64,000 bases of DNA from the NCBI GenBank assembly GCA_024679065.1, contig JAGIQG010000020.1:7874001-7938000 (forward strand). The letters are read 5' to 3'. Within the stretch, counting starts at the first letter, position 1. Each line of letters begins with the position of its first letter. This document shows, one piece after another, positions 12,121-23,960 of the stretch. Position numbers and translations under genes: made by a program. Below the pieces are notes generated by a model. The model did no database searches, was not told the origin of the DNA, and saw only the letters and a program-made list of their open reading frames with translations. Source of the stretch: Sphyrna mokarran (taxonomy: Eukaryota).

Positions 12121-13074
12121 ATCGTTTAATAAATCCTGCCAGTGATTAATATTAAACTGCCGGTGGAACTGATACCCTTTTTAGCATTAACAATAGTGCA
12201 TTGTGTAGGAGGGATTAAAACCTTTTGTTCACTCGATGTTTTCAGTGAAATTAACTCAAACAAATTGAGAAATGCATCACTTTATTACTGCAGACTCTTC
12301 CCCATGCACCAAAGCTCAGTTTTAACTGCATTTAGCAGCAAAAAGACTGAATGAGATGGCGTAGCAGCAATAGAGACTAAATCTGAGGAGAATGGTTTCA
12401 GTCAGTATCGTTGTTGTCTGCTTTAGTGGAAACTTACTTATAGATGATACCATTTAACTGTGCGATTTAAGCACAATGTCCCCGATGTTTAGGAGTTAAG
12501 AAACCATTTCTAAATGAAGAGCGGCTCTTGTGAAACTGTTGATGCATTTTCCTTCGATGTTAAGTTGGCCATAGAATTTGCTAGAAGTTGAAATGATTCC
12601 AATTGTACATCATAATAAATAGAGCAATGAAAAAATAGCTCAAACCGGAGGCCCAATACCGCTCCAGGCTTTATTTCCCAAACTTATCGCATTCTTGAAG
12701 AGCGCAATATAACTGCAGAATGTCACAGGGGGACGGATAGCCCAAACTATCAAGATTCCTCCAAATCTCAGGCTGTTAATAGGGGATGGGGAGGGGTCGG
12801 GGGTGGGGGTTGTTTGTTGGGAGCTCGGGATACGATTTAAAAGGAATTGTGTACCAGCCGACAGGGATGGGACTTTTGGTAATAATATAGAAAGGAAAGG
12901 TGATATGAAAAAGACCTATAGAAGTGGTAGTGCGGAGGTGAGCTTTGGTTGTGGGACAGTGGGAGGGAACACAAGCAACGATAAAACCCGAGAGTGTGGT
13001 CTGAAGAGCAATTTCCGGGAATGGGGAAAGGGAACCCTTTAGTGATTTTGGATCAAATTTAAAATCAATGAGCG

Positions 13075-13372
13075 GGAATCATAGGATTATAGAACTTCTA
13101 CAGTGCGGAAAGAAGCCATTTGACAAATCGAGCCATCCCCATAACCCCACGTATTTACCCCTCTAATCCCTCTGTCACTAAGGAGCAACTTAGCGTGGCC
13201 AATCAACCTTATCCGCACGTCTTTGGACTGTGGGAGGAAACAGGAGCACCCGGAGGAAACTCACGCAAACGCAGAGAGAATGTGCAAATTCTACACACAC
13301 ACACCGAGGCCAGAACTGAACTCGGGTCCCTGGCGCTGCGAGGGAGCAGTGCTAACCACTGTGCCGCCATCC
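13075..13372 (-). mobile_element. HE1-like V-SINE
   Basis: Head (reverse strand of GCAGTGCTAACCACTGTGCCGCC), V-domain and tail. Confidence 0.8.
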
Positions 13373-13454
13373 TGGATTTTAACAAGAACGGGTTGCTAGG
13401 AATGTGATTTCATCCGGTTAGAATTTCGTTTTAAATGTATTAATGACACGTGCT

Positions 13455-13865
13455 AATTTTAAAAGGGGAGATGATTTTATTGAAATATGTAAGATTCTGA
13501 GCGATGTTGACAATTAAATTTTGAGAGGACCATTCTCCTCGCTGCAAGATTAGAACTGGGGGACACGGTTGTGAAATAAGGCGTCTCCTATTTAAGACGA
13601 AGATAAGGAGAAATGTTTTCTCTGAAAGTGTGATTGATATTTGGAATTCTCTCCCACAATAGACCAGTGGAGGCAGGGCCATTGAACATATTCAAGACTC
13701 AACGAGACTGATCTGTGATTGACAAGGGAGCTGAGATTATGGGAGGCAGGTAGGAAAGTGGAATTAAGGCCACAATCAGATCAGTGGTGATCTTATTGAA
13801 TATGGGAGCAGACAGAAAGGGCCGAATGGTCTACTGCTGTCCCTATTTCTTATATAGATCTTATA
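13455..13865 (+). mobile_element. CR1 3' fragment
   Basis: Decayed ORF2 C-terminus and 3' UTR ending GGCCGAATGGTCTACTGCTG...TCTTAT. Confidence 0.7.
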
Positions 13866-14217
13866 TAGGACGTCAATGGGCAACTCGTTCATCTCAGCCA
13901 CATGCCTTTTCTCGGGGTATCAGATGATATTAGCTAAGATAATTCTTAAACACAAACAGGGGCAGCAATAGGCCGCAGTATTGGGTGGGACAGAGATGTC
14001 ACTCCGAGTTTTCCATCTACAGCTGACATCAAGAGGCCAGAGGTGACCACTCATAGCTCAAGTCAATGGACTGAATCAACCTACGTCAACAAGCAACACG
14101 TGCTAATCTGAGGCAAATTTGCTGCTTCTACTGGCTTTCAGTAAACAGACTCCACCGAACAGTCCCTTGTCCAACACACACACACACTCCAACCCCACTA
14201 CACTGGTCTGTCAGCTG

Positions 14218-14541
14218 GGGCGGCACGGTAGCACAGTGGTTAGCACTGCTGCTTCATAGCTCCAGGGACCTAGGTTCGATTCCCGGCTGGGTCACTGTCT
14301 GTGTGGAGTTTACACATCCTCCCCATGTCTGCACGGCTTTTCTCTGAGTGCTCCGATTTCCTCTCACAGTCCAAAGACGTGCGGGTTAGTTTTATTGGCC
14401 GTGCTAAAATTGCCCCTGAAATATGTAGGTTAGAGGGATTAGTGGGGATATGGGGGTCGGGCCTGGGTGGGACTGTGGTCGGTGTAGACTTGATGGGCCG
14501 AAGGGCCTCTTTCTGCTCTGTAGGGTTCTATAATTCTATGT
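14218..14541 (+). mobile_element. HE1-like V-SINE, near full length
   Basis: A box (GGTAGCACAGTGG), B box (GGTTCGATTCC), V-domain and TTCTATG tail. Confidence 0.85.
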
Positions 14542-14929
14542 ACATGATCCCATGGCACTAAAAGACAAAGAGCTGGAATATTCTCCCCGCTGTCCTTGGT
14601 CCCTAAAATAGAATCAGAGAACGATTACGTTCGAGAAGGAGGCCATTCAGCCCGTCGTGTCAGGGCTAGCGCGCTGCAGAGTAATTCACCTCTTGCTATC
14701 CCTCAGCCTTTCCCTGGGAGCTTTGCAAAAATTCTGCCTCTTCAGATAATGATCTGCTAAAAGGCACAAATACAACAGCAAAGAGGGTCTGCTGAAATAA
14801 TACAATAGCAGAAAATGCTGGAAAAACTCAGCAGGCCTGGCAACATCTGTGGAGAGAGAGAAGCAGAGTTAACGTTTAGACTTAATATGACTGCCCTTCA
14901 GAGATCTTGAGAGGTTCGGTTGTCTAATG

Positions 14930-15460
14930 TAAGTTATTAATTTAGCCTCAGCTGGAATATTGGGACCAGTTCCGGGGCATTGCACTGTAGGAAGGATGTG
15001 AAGGCATTATAGAGAGCACAAGACGGAGCGAAGAAAATGGTTTCAGGGCGAGGATCTTCAGGTGTGAAAGTAAATGGAAGAAGTTACGATTTTCCTCGGT
15101 GAAAAGAAGGCTCAGAGGATATTTAACAGAGATATTAAAAATCATGAGGAACGTTGGCAGAGTAGACAGGGAGAAACTGTGGAAGGACCGAGAAGGAGAG
15201 GACACCGATTTGAAGTAATCAGCGAAATAAGCAATTGTGATACCGGGGGAAAATTACGCAGCAAGTGGTTGAGATTTGAAATGCAGGAGTGTGGCGAAGG
15301 CAGGTTCAAGTGAAGCATTCAAAAGGGGGATTAAACTGTTGCCTGAAAAGGAAGAATGTGCGGGGTTAGGAGAGGAGTGGAACCAGGGGAGTTAGGAGAA
15401 TCGGTGCAAACACAATGGGCCAAATAGCACCCTTCCACCCCATAACGGCTCTGTGGTTGT
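14930..15460 (+). mobile_element. Old CR1 3' fragment
   Basis: Relic of PQLEY.DQF...KDV.ALE followed by CR1 3' UTR-like sequence. Confidence 0.6.
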
Positions 15461-16113
15461 GTAATGCTATCTACATCCAATAGTCAATATAATTTACCAG
15501 TGTCCAGTAAGTTATTTACTTAAACTAAAGTAGAACCGGATGCCAGAAATATTGTGCTCGACTCTCTCACTCAAACTCAGACGCCGTTTATTCCAATGCA
15601 GTGGCTGTTTGTGTCTCATTTAGCGAGCAGAACTGCGTTCGACCATTTGTTGTGAACAGTGAATGAGTTATTCGGCTGAGCACAGCAACTATCTGAGGGA
15701 TAAGGAGACACCCAACTCTGAGGAGGTTCCCCCAAATCGCAGATCTATATCAGACATGAAACTCCCTGAAAATATTTGTCTATCAGCAATCAGCTGCAAG
15801 TTTCACGTTGTCCCAGCGAAACTGTGTTGATTTAACCTTCATCCATTTCTACTGCAAACCCTTGCTATTAAAAGTGCAATTCTTAGGGGGAAATCTATTA
15901 ATGGATTTACTTTGAAACATCTGCTCGCTCTCTAAGTCACTTGTTACAGGAGCCAATCTTAAAGGAAAAGTGCAGAGTGGGACAGACGGTTGCACTGCAG
16001 CCCCCTGTAACTTGGAAGCAAATTGGCAGGAGAGGGACAGAGGTAATTCTGTCCTGTTCCCATGGTCTTACATGAGTCCTGCTGGCCCGGGTTTATTGAC
16101 TCTTACCAGCCTT

Positions 16114-16270
16114 CCAGATGGTCTGCCGAATCTCTGCCAAACAGTATTGCTAATTTCTCATTCAGAGGGAGACATTTTGACCATTGTCTCCCCTGGCAGC
16201 GGCCATTGGCTCTTGAGTGTGGGAACGGCGAAGACTCACGCTTCTCCCTGTCCATTCGGCGCTATAAATA
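16114..16270 (+). promoter_or_regulatory. hes5-type promoter of psi2
   Basis: CCAGATGGTC (16114-16123), CCATTGT (16181-16187), ATTGG (16205-16209), TGTGGGAA (16218-16225), GACTCACG (16233-16240) and TATAAATA (16263-16270). Nearly identical to psi1 over ACTCACGCTTCTCCCTGT..CTATAAAT. Confidence 0.8.
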
Positions 16271-17516
16271 CAGAAGTTATTGGACTCAGCTGCGGCAGAC
16301 ACAGGGTCTTGCCATGTACTTGCTCCAGGCTCCAGCGGAAAAGGGTCCACACATCTGCTGGAAAATAAACTAAAATATTTCAAAGTGAGTGCGATTATAT
16401 TTATAACGTGAAGCATCAGCTTTATATGGAAAATGTGCTAACTGATTTATTGTGAGTTATTGAAAGGTTTATTTGTGATTTTCAGTTCTTGGAAACATCA
16501 ATAAAGAAGATGCAATGAGCAGGTGGAATGAGACCGCAACATCCGCCTACTGCGGATTCAGTAAAATGTACAGGTTAAAATCTTTAAATAATACCCCCTG
16601 CTAAAAATGGGAGAATTCTTGAAAGCTGAGAATCGCCAGTAAGTCTCCGGTAAGATACCTAATCTTTTATAACAGCAGTTGTAAAGAATACAATTAAAAT
16701 CAGTTCCTTTATCCTGAATTACTGTATTTCTGATTCAAGCTTTCTTTGCGTTTTATCTGATCCCCCAGTGACTCCACGCGGAGTTTATATAGAGGACTCT
16801 TGGAGGCCGCCAAGAGAGAGAGAGCAATACATTAAGCCTGCTCCCGCACGCCACGAACGATCTTAAGAAAAACCACGAGAAATGTTCACAGAGTCTAATA
16901 TGCAGATACTGTTCCCCGTTTCCAGTCTGACTGGACCCTGCAGACAGGTCGCATCGACTCGGGGCCTACTGCTAGATCTGAAATATGTGGAACATCTGCA
17001 AGAAGCGAAGCAGTAGTAATTACCCAATTCAGACCACTAGACCTGTATCTTGGTCACACTGTACTCCAGAATGGAGGCCCCATTATACCTTCACATTGAA
17101 GGAGATGGACAGTTTAGCAGTATAATGTTACACATTGTGACCCGTGTTCTACATTTTGTAGTTCCTTCTCAGTGCACTAGGCAGCTTACAATGAATGTAG
17201 ACAGTAATTGGAGATATCTGTGCCAGCTTGGTTGAGAAGGAATTATTCTCACCTCTAACGACAAGGACCCAGATTTTAGATATGAACTTGAACATATAAG
17301 GTAAATTGGCACTTTAGCACAGCATTGAAGGAGCGCCATCATTGGAGCCGCTGTTTTTTTTTGAAATCTCTTTTTTGCGATGGAGTTAAAGAAAGCTTTA
17401 GTTCAATGTTAACACTTCCATGAAGTTGTATGTGTGAAAAGTACCTCTGTACATTGATGCTGTTGACATGTCAGTGATTGAAAGGAATGCCTTAATTTGT
17501 CAGGGTATATAATAAA
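16263..17516 (+). pseudogene. hes5-like non-coding paralogue psi2 (3 exons, ORF destroyed; candidate lncRNA)
   Basis: Exon 1 ends at 16384 (AAA|GTGAGT). Exon 2 is 16486-16649 (TTTCAG acceptor, CCG|GTAAG donor) with several stops. Exon 3 starts at 16769 (CCCCCAG|TGAC, the same acceptor context as the intact gene). AATAAA at 17511-17516. Introns are 101 and 119 nt vs 103 and 104 nt in the intact gene. Confidence 0.78.
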
Positions 17517-17544
17517 CTGAGCAACAGGAAATCGAGAATAACCT

Positions 17545-17757
17545 TGTGAGAAGTCTCACAACAACAGCTTAAAGTCCAACAGGTTTATTTGGAGACATGA
17601 GCTTTTGGAGCACTGTCCCTTCCTCAGGCGAGTCATGAAGTGATGAAGAGTCAGCGCTCCAAAAGCTTGTGATGCCAAATAGACCTTTTGGACTTCGATG
17701 TGGTGTTGTGAGACTTCTTACTGTGTCCACTCCAATCCAACACCAGCATCTCTGCAT
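17545..17757. mobile_element. Short Penelope-derived inverted-repeat element
   Basis: AGAAGTCTCACAACA ... TGTTGTGAGACTTCT inverted ends, a ..CCAATCCAACACCAGCATCTC extension, and degenerate hammerhead cores. Confidence 0.75.
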
Positions 17758-18365
17758 CGAGGATAATCTTGTAATCTTTTGGATTAATATAAATATCAAT
17801 TTTATAAATTAATCATTGGTACTTTGTTCTGGGCATTTTTGTGAATGGATCTAAAGGCTGTACTGAGATGTCACAGCTCTGCAACGAGGTCCTTGTGGAA
17901 TATGTTAACAGAAAGCCGTTAATAGTGGCAGTCACGTTTCTTCATATTGAAGGAACTGGCTAGTTTCTGAAATTCAGATCCTTTTTAATGATGTAATATT
18001 CTGCAACATTTGTTATGTCTAGCCGCTGCATTAGTGTATCGGCAGTGAAACAAGACAGTAGTTAGAGTGATAGCAGCTAAGTGTGACAGGTTAGCCCAGT
18101 TAGAGATGTTCTCATCTCGGAATCCAAGGGTCAAGATTTCGCGTTCCATATGGACTTGAATCTAGGCTGATATGTCAGTTTAGCATCGAGGGAATGCTGC
18201 AATGTTGGAGATTCTGTCTATCCCCTTTTTGTTTACCCGTGTGCATGTTGAAGACCAACATGGATTGGCTGAGCGGAACGGCCTGTTTGGATTTTGTAAC
18301 TTGTACCAGGCCTTCAAGCAGTGGAAATCTATCCATGTTTGTTCTGTTAATGTATGGAAGAACCC

Positions 18366-18552
18366 AGTAAGAACTTAGCAACACCAATTTTAAATCCAAC
18401 CGATTTATTTGATAGTAAAATTGCTGCGAGCTTTCAACACTCTTGTGTCTTCGCCAGGCAAATGCAGTGTATCGGTTGGATTTAAAATTGGTGTTGCTAA
18501 ATTCTTACTGAGTTCTTCCCACCCCAGTCCAATGCCGACATCTTTACATCAC
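18366..18552. mobile_element. Short Penelope-derived inverted element (same family as 26143-26404)
   Basis: GTAAGAACTTAGCAACACCAATTTTAAATCCAACCGAT is followed by its near reverse complement. Confidence 0.75.
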
Positions 18553-19084
18553 TGTTAATGTATGTCAGAGATGAACAATGATTTGGTAAGCCAAGTTTGG
18601 ATTATTGCTAGAAGAGATATCTAGTAAACCGAGCACCTGTGTGGTGCTGCGAGATAACAGAGAGACGCAGTATTTCAGAATTTTCCCAATGAATGTATCT
18701 ATCTTAATGAACAATGGAACAAGATGATTATTATTGATTCAGTTTTTTTTCTAGTATTTTGGTGGGTGAATACTCTGTGTTGAGATCATATCGCCTTTGC
18801 TGCTGAAAATCTCAGCAAAAAACGGTTAACAATCAGCCGCATGCCTTCATATTGAAGGGATGGCAGCTTGGTTAAGGTATATTTATATCTTTGCATGTGC
18901 AATGTGGTAATATATGGACTATATACAAAAGAGCTGGAAGGTGTATGCATACCTGTATTTTCACAGTGAATATATGTAATCGTTGGAATTAACCTGATAG
19001 GAGAAATCTTCCTACACGGATGCCTATCGATGTGTGTTGAGCGCAAAGTACTTGTCCTCTTGTTGAAGATGACTTTCCTTATAA

Positions 19085-19455
19085 GAGCATAAAACCTGTG
19101 AGGAGGAGTCGGCCATCTGGTCCCTCGAGTCTGCTCCGCCATTCAATAAGATCATGGCTGATCTATTCATGTACTCAGCTCCACCTACTCGCCCACTCAC
19201 GATAACCCTTAATTTCTTTACTGTTCAAAAAAAGATCTATTCTTGCCTTAAAAACATTCAACAAAGTAACCTCAACTGTTTTACTAGGCAGGGAATTCCA
19301 CAGATTCACAACCCTTTGGGTGAAGAAATTTCTCCTCAACTCAGTCCCAAATCTGCTCCTCCTTATTTTGAGACCATGCCCCGAGTCCTAGTTTCACCTG
19401 CCAGTGGAGACAACCTCCCTGCTTCTACCTTTCCTTCATAATCTTATACGTTTCT
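19085..19455 (-). mobile_element. CR1 3' fragment
   Basis: Reverse-strand CR1 3' UTR and ORF2 end. Confidence 0.65.
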
Positions 19456-20889
19456 TATATTCTTTTCTGTGAATCATTTAATTGATGAATAGCTCTGTAT
19501 CACACGCGTTCTTAGTGTAATCTATGGAAAACAATATAAATCAAGCCATTTTCCTGTTGGCAAAGAGAAAAAAAAAGTGTTCGAGGACTCTTGATCTCCA
19601 TCGCGCTGCCCAGGGCGTCCCCCTCTCACATCCCATATTAACAAGGGGATTGTGGTTCTCCTAATTGAAAATGGTTTGTTTACATTTGTTAAAATTAAAT
19701 GTTGCTTAATTAAGAAAACAAAGTTTGGTTTCTTGAACACTTGTCCAGCACTCAACACCGAAAAACGAACCGTTTATTGCCTTTCTGAAGCCAATGGTGC
19801 AGGAAGAGGTTACAAAAATACTTTTGTCCATGCCGTGAATCAAGTTAATGCAGGTGTGCTGTTGCAGACTATACTTAATACTATTTGTGTGATATTCTTT
19901 CATTGCAAACTTCAAATAAAAAGATTTCAAACTCCTTTGGCATTTGCATTTGTTTCCAATTAGGCTGCCTCAGATTTATTCTCCCTTATATATAAACCAT
20001 ATCAATGTCTCACTTGAATGAAAATTACCGTGGAACAGTGACTAAATCCAACTATGGGCTCGCTAAGTGAGCATATATCAGTCTGCTGCACAATAATTTT
20101 GCATGAAGTTTCTGTATAAATTTTGGGTGTAAAAATCATTAAAAAGTCACCTGCAGAAATATTCAGATTTTTGAGATAGAAGCAAAATACTGTGGACGCT
20201 GGAAATTTGAGATAAAAACAGAAATTGTCGGGTAAACTCAGCAGGCCTGACAGTACTTGTGGGGAGAGAAAATAGAGTTAACGTTTTGAGTGCTGAGACA
20301 ATCCAGCATTTTCTGATTTAGGTCAGAATTCTCTGACCAGATCCAAGAAGGCCAGCCGACTCCGAGATAGAAGTCCAATTGTATATGTTTAAGCATGCTT
20401 CCAAACAGCCGGGGTGGTGAGGCGGGGTGTCGTGTGGAGGGCTGGGTGAGGGTTGGTGGAGGAGGTTGTGTCGGGGAAGGGGGGGTGAGGCCTACATGAA
20501 CTACTGCAGCCGGTAGAAGAACTCGTCCCACATGAGCTGAGATAACTGGTACACTCCAGAAGCCCAATTCATCTCTAAATAAACCCAATTACTCTGGCTA
20601 CGGAGACTGCAATTGACAGGGAACGAATTAATCAGAAGTTTAAGATCCTGTGTTTTTATTCCAAGTATTAGTATGTTGATCTTGATTACTTTTAAATTGT
20701 ACCTGCCACTTACAATATTTTAGAAAATGATTGCATATCAAATGTAAGTTGTGGCTTTATACATTCTAATCGAGCAGAACCAGGGGCCTCAATATTGGAT
20801 ATTTGTAATGAAATTCTTGTCCTTCCCAAAATCATTCCTGGTAAGAGGAGATTAAATATTATTATAATATGGACCATCACTTCCAATTC

Positions 20890-21300
20890 AACCGGTTATC
20901 ACTTTAAGGTCAGCAATATGTCTCCTGCCCCCTCCCACCCAGCTTGAACACGGAGGCCGACACTCGAGTACAGTTTTAAGGAAACATCGGACTTTCTGAG
21001 GTACCCTCCTCCACGTGAAACCATAAAGTGAGGTCCATCTGTCTGCACCGCTGGATTTAACAGATCTCATGAAAGAGAGTTATCCCCGATATCATGGTCA
21101 ACACTGATCCCTCAACCATCATTAGAAAACCAAATGATCTGATCGTTAATATATTGTGGGCGTTTGCTGAACACAAATTAACTGCAAATTTTCGACATGA
21201 CAACAGTGCCTACATTTCAAAAAGTATTTAATTCCTTAAAAAGAGTTTTGAAATGTCCAATGGCCAGAAGAAATGCTCTATAAACACAAGTCATTCATTA
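20890..21300 (+). mobile_element. Ancient Deu-domain SINE (SacSINE1-like)
   Basis: Degenerate match by eye to the Deu domain and tail (ATCCCTCAACCA...ACAACAGTGCCTACATTTCAAAA...TATAAACACAAGTC). Confidence 0.5.
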
Positions 21301-21908
21301 CTTTTTCTTCTGGGTGACTATCATTTACAAATGACTACAAGCAAACTCAGAGTGTTTAGTTACATTCTGCGGCCTGAGAGCACTTTCCTCCACTCCAGCA
21401 CACTTACTCAATTAGGTTATACCACTCTTCTAGAATAACATATCAGATTCTTATATCTAATGGACTATTAGTCATCCAGATTTGACACGTTGGCTTGTTT
21501 TCTCTTCACAGATGCTGCTGAGATTTTCCAGCATTTTTTGTTCAAATTTCAGATTCCAGCATCCACAGTAACTAGCTGTTGTCTTAAATGCTGGTGCGGG
21601 CCAGATCTAACCCGTGAGCTGTATTATGCTGGCCCTATTTTATTTAAGGAGTATCTTAAATGAGGAACGTGAGCGAGAGGTGTAAGGAAGGGATTGCTGA
21701 GGCAACTGTAGGTACAGCCACCGATGTTAAAGCAATTACAATCGGAGGTGCTCGAAAGGTCAGAATTAGAACGGAGATATCTTGTAAAGAAGCTGAAGGA
21801 ATGGGCGGCGGGGGAGGGGGGGGTGCGTAGGAGACAGTGTGGATTGGGGGTGGGGGTAGGGGTGGGCGAAGCCATAGAAAGATTTGCGGATAGGGATGAG
21901 AAGCTCAC

Positions 21909-23699
21909 CTATAGGCCGGTGAGCTTGACTTCAGTTATAGGTAAGCTAATGGAGAGGATCCTTAGGGACAGGATGTATGAGCATCTGGAGCGCTGCGATC
22001 TGATCAGGGATACGCAGCATGGCTTCGTCAAGGGGAAGTCTTGTCTTACAAATCTAGTGGAATTTTTTGAAGAAGTGACAAAAACAGTTGATGAAGGACA
22101 TGCTGTTGATGTCGTCTACATGGATTTCAGTAAGGCGTTTGACAAGGTTCCTCATGGTAGACTGATAGAGAAGGTGAAGGCGCATGGGATACAGGGTCGG
22201 GTATGTAGATGGGTCGAGAACTGGCTCGGGAGGAGGAGACAGAGGGTAGTAGTGGAAGGCTCTTTTTCCGGCTGGAAGCCTGTCACTAGTGGAGTGCCAC
22301 AAGGCTCAGTACTAGGTCCTCTTCTATTTGTGGTCTACATAAACGACTTGGAAGTAGGGGTAGGTGGTGAGATCAGCAAATTTGCTGATGACACCAAGAT
22401 GCTTGGATTGGCGGGTACAGAAGAGCAGTGTCAGGCAATACAACAGGACATAGACAGGTTGGTAGACTGGGCAGATAGATGGCAAATGGAATTTAATCCG
22501 GATAAATGCGAGGTGATGCATTTTGGCCGGAAAAATGTAGAAGAGAGTTATAGGATAAAAGGTAAAACTATACGGAGCATAGAGACGCAGAGAGACTTGG
22601 GGGTGCAGGTTCACAAGTCTCTGAAGGTGTCCTCACAGGTGGAGAAGGTGATAAAGAAGGCGTATAGTATGTTAGCTTTCATAGAAAAGGGTATAGAATA
22701 CAAGAGTAGGAGTTTGATGTTGCAGTTGTATAGAACTTTGGTTAGGCCTCACTTGGAATACTGCGTCCAGTTCTGGTCGCCGTACTATCGGAAGGATGTG
22801 GAGTCCTTGGAGAGAGTGCAGAGGAGGTTTACCAGGATGCTGCCTGGTATGGAAGGACTGTCTTATGAGGAACGATTAGATAGACTGGGGTTGTTTTCCC
22901 TTGAAAGACGTCGGCTTAGAGGGGATCTCATAGAGGTGTATAAGATTATAAGGGGTATAGATAGAGTAAATGGAGGTAAACTTTTTCCGCCTTTAGAAAT
23001 GGATAGGACGAGGGGTCATGGCCATAGGGTGAGGGGGGCTATGTATAGGACGAATATTAGAGGGCAGTTTTTCACACAAAGGGTAGTGGGGGTGTGGAAT
23101 GCACTGCCGAGTAAGGTGGTGGGAGCAGGCACGCTGGGGCTGTTTAAGGGTCTCTTGGACAGCCACATGAGCGGTATGCAGATAGAGGGATATATTAGGA
23201 CTGTTTAACTACGGCTTTTTTCCACAGGTAATTCGGTCCATACTTGACCAACATTGAGCATGCATTCGGCAGGTGGTGCGGGTACAGCTCTTGGATGTTG
23301 ATTCATGGGTTGCCTGGTACCTCATGTCGTAAATGAGTGCTTTATGTGGACCATCTGAAGGGCACCATGACAGCTCAGAGACTATCGATGTGGCTGTGCA
23401 GACACTTGGAATTGGGCCGGTGTCTGCGGGAGTTTGCGCGTTCTCCCCGTGGTTGCGTGGGTTTTCTCCGGGCACTCCGGTTTCCTCCCACAACCCAAAA
23501 ATTCGCTCTTAGGCTGATTGGGAAACAAATTGTCCCTATAGTGAGAATTTTCCATATTAGGAATAATATATATATTATTATATAGGAACAATATAATAGG
23601 ATAATATATTTGCTACTATATAGTTATGACGGCGGCGTGGGCTCATTGGGCCGAGGGGCCTGTTTCCCGTGCTGTGTTGCTCTTTATAAAAAAAAAAAA
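21909..23699 (+). mobile_element. Young 5'-truncated CR1 LINE with uninterrupted RT-to-C-terminus ORF2 and long 3' UTR
   Basis: YRPVSLTS...QHGF...DFSKAFDKV...GVPQGSVLGP...KFADDTK, stop at 23208, A-rich tail to 23699. Confidence 0.95.
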
Positions 23700-23724
23700 T
23701 TTTAACATAACGACATTTAAGATT

Positions 23725-23960
23725 TGGAGATGTTAGAGGTAAGTTTTTCACTCAGAGGGTGGTGAGTGAATGGAATCGGTTGCCATCAGTGATGGTAGAG
23801 GTGAACTCGCTGGGATCTTTTAAGAGACTTCTGGATGAGTACATGGGATTTAATGGGATTGGGAGTTACAGATAAGTCTATAGCCTGGTAAGTATAGATC
23901 TGATCGGCACAACTTGTGGGCCGAAGGGCCTGTTTGTGCTGTACTGCTCTATGTTCTATG
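23725..23960 (+). mobile_element. CR1 3' end fragment (different subfamily)
   Basis: DVRGKFFTQRVVSEWNRLP followed by a CTATGTTCTATG tail. Confidence 0.8.

Noticed and set aside
14218-14290. tRNA genes at SINE heads
   Set aside because: The A/B boxes continue into a V-domain and LINE-like tail; these are SINEs.
16314-16373. 19-codon ORF with good Kozak context in psi2 exon 1
   Set aside because: The ATG is not shared with psi1 and there is no recognisable homology; it cannot be supported without ribosome profiling.
21724-23208. 494-aa ORF as a domesticated or novel RT gene
   Set aside because: The first ~60 codons are flanking old-repeat and G-rich sequence fortuitously in frame with a 5'-truncated CR1 RT; there is no endonuclease and no promoter evidence.
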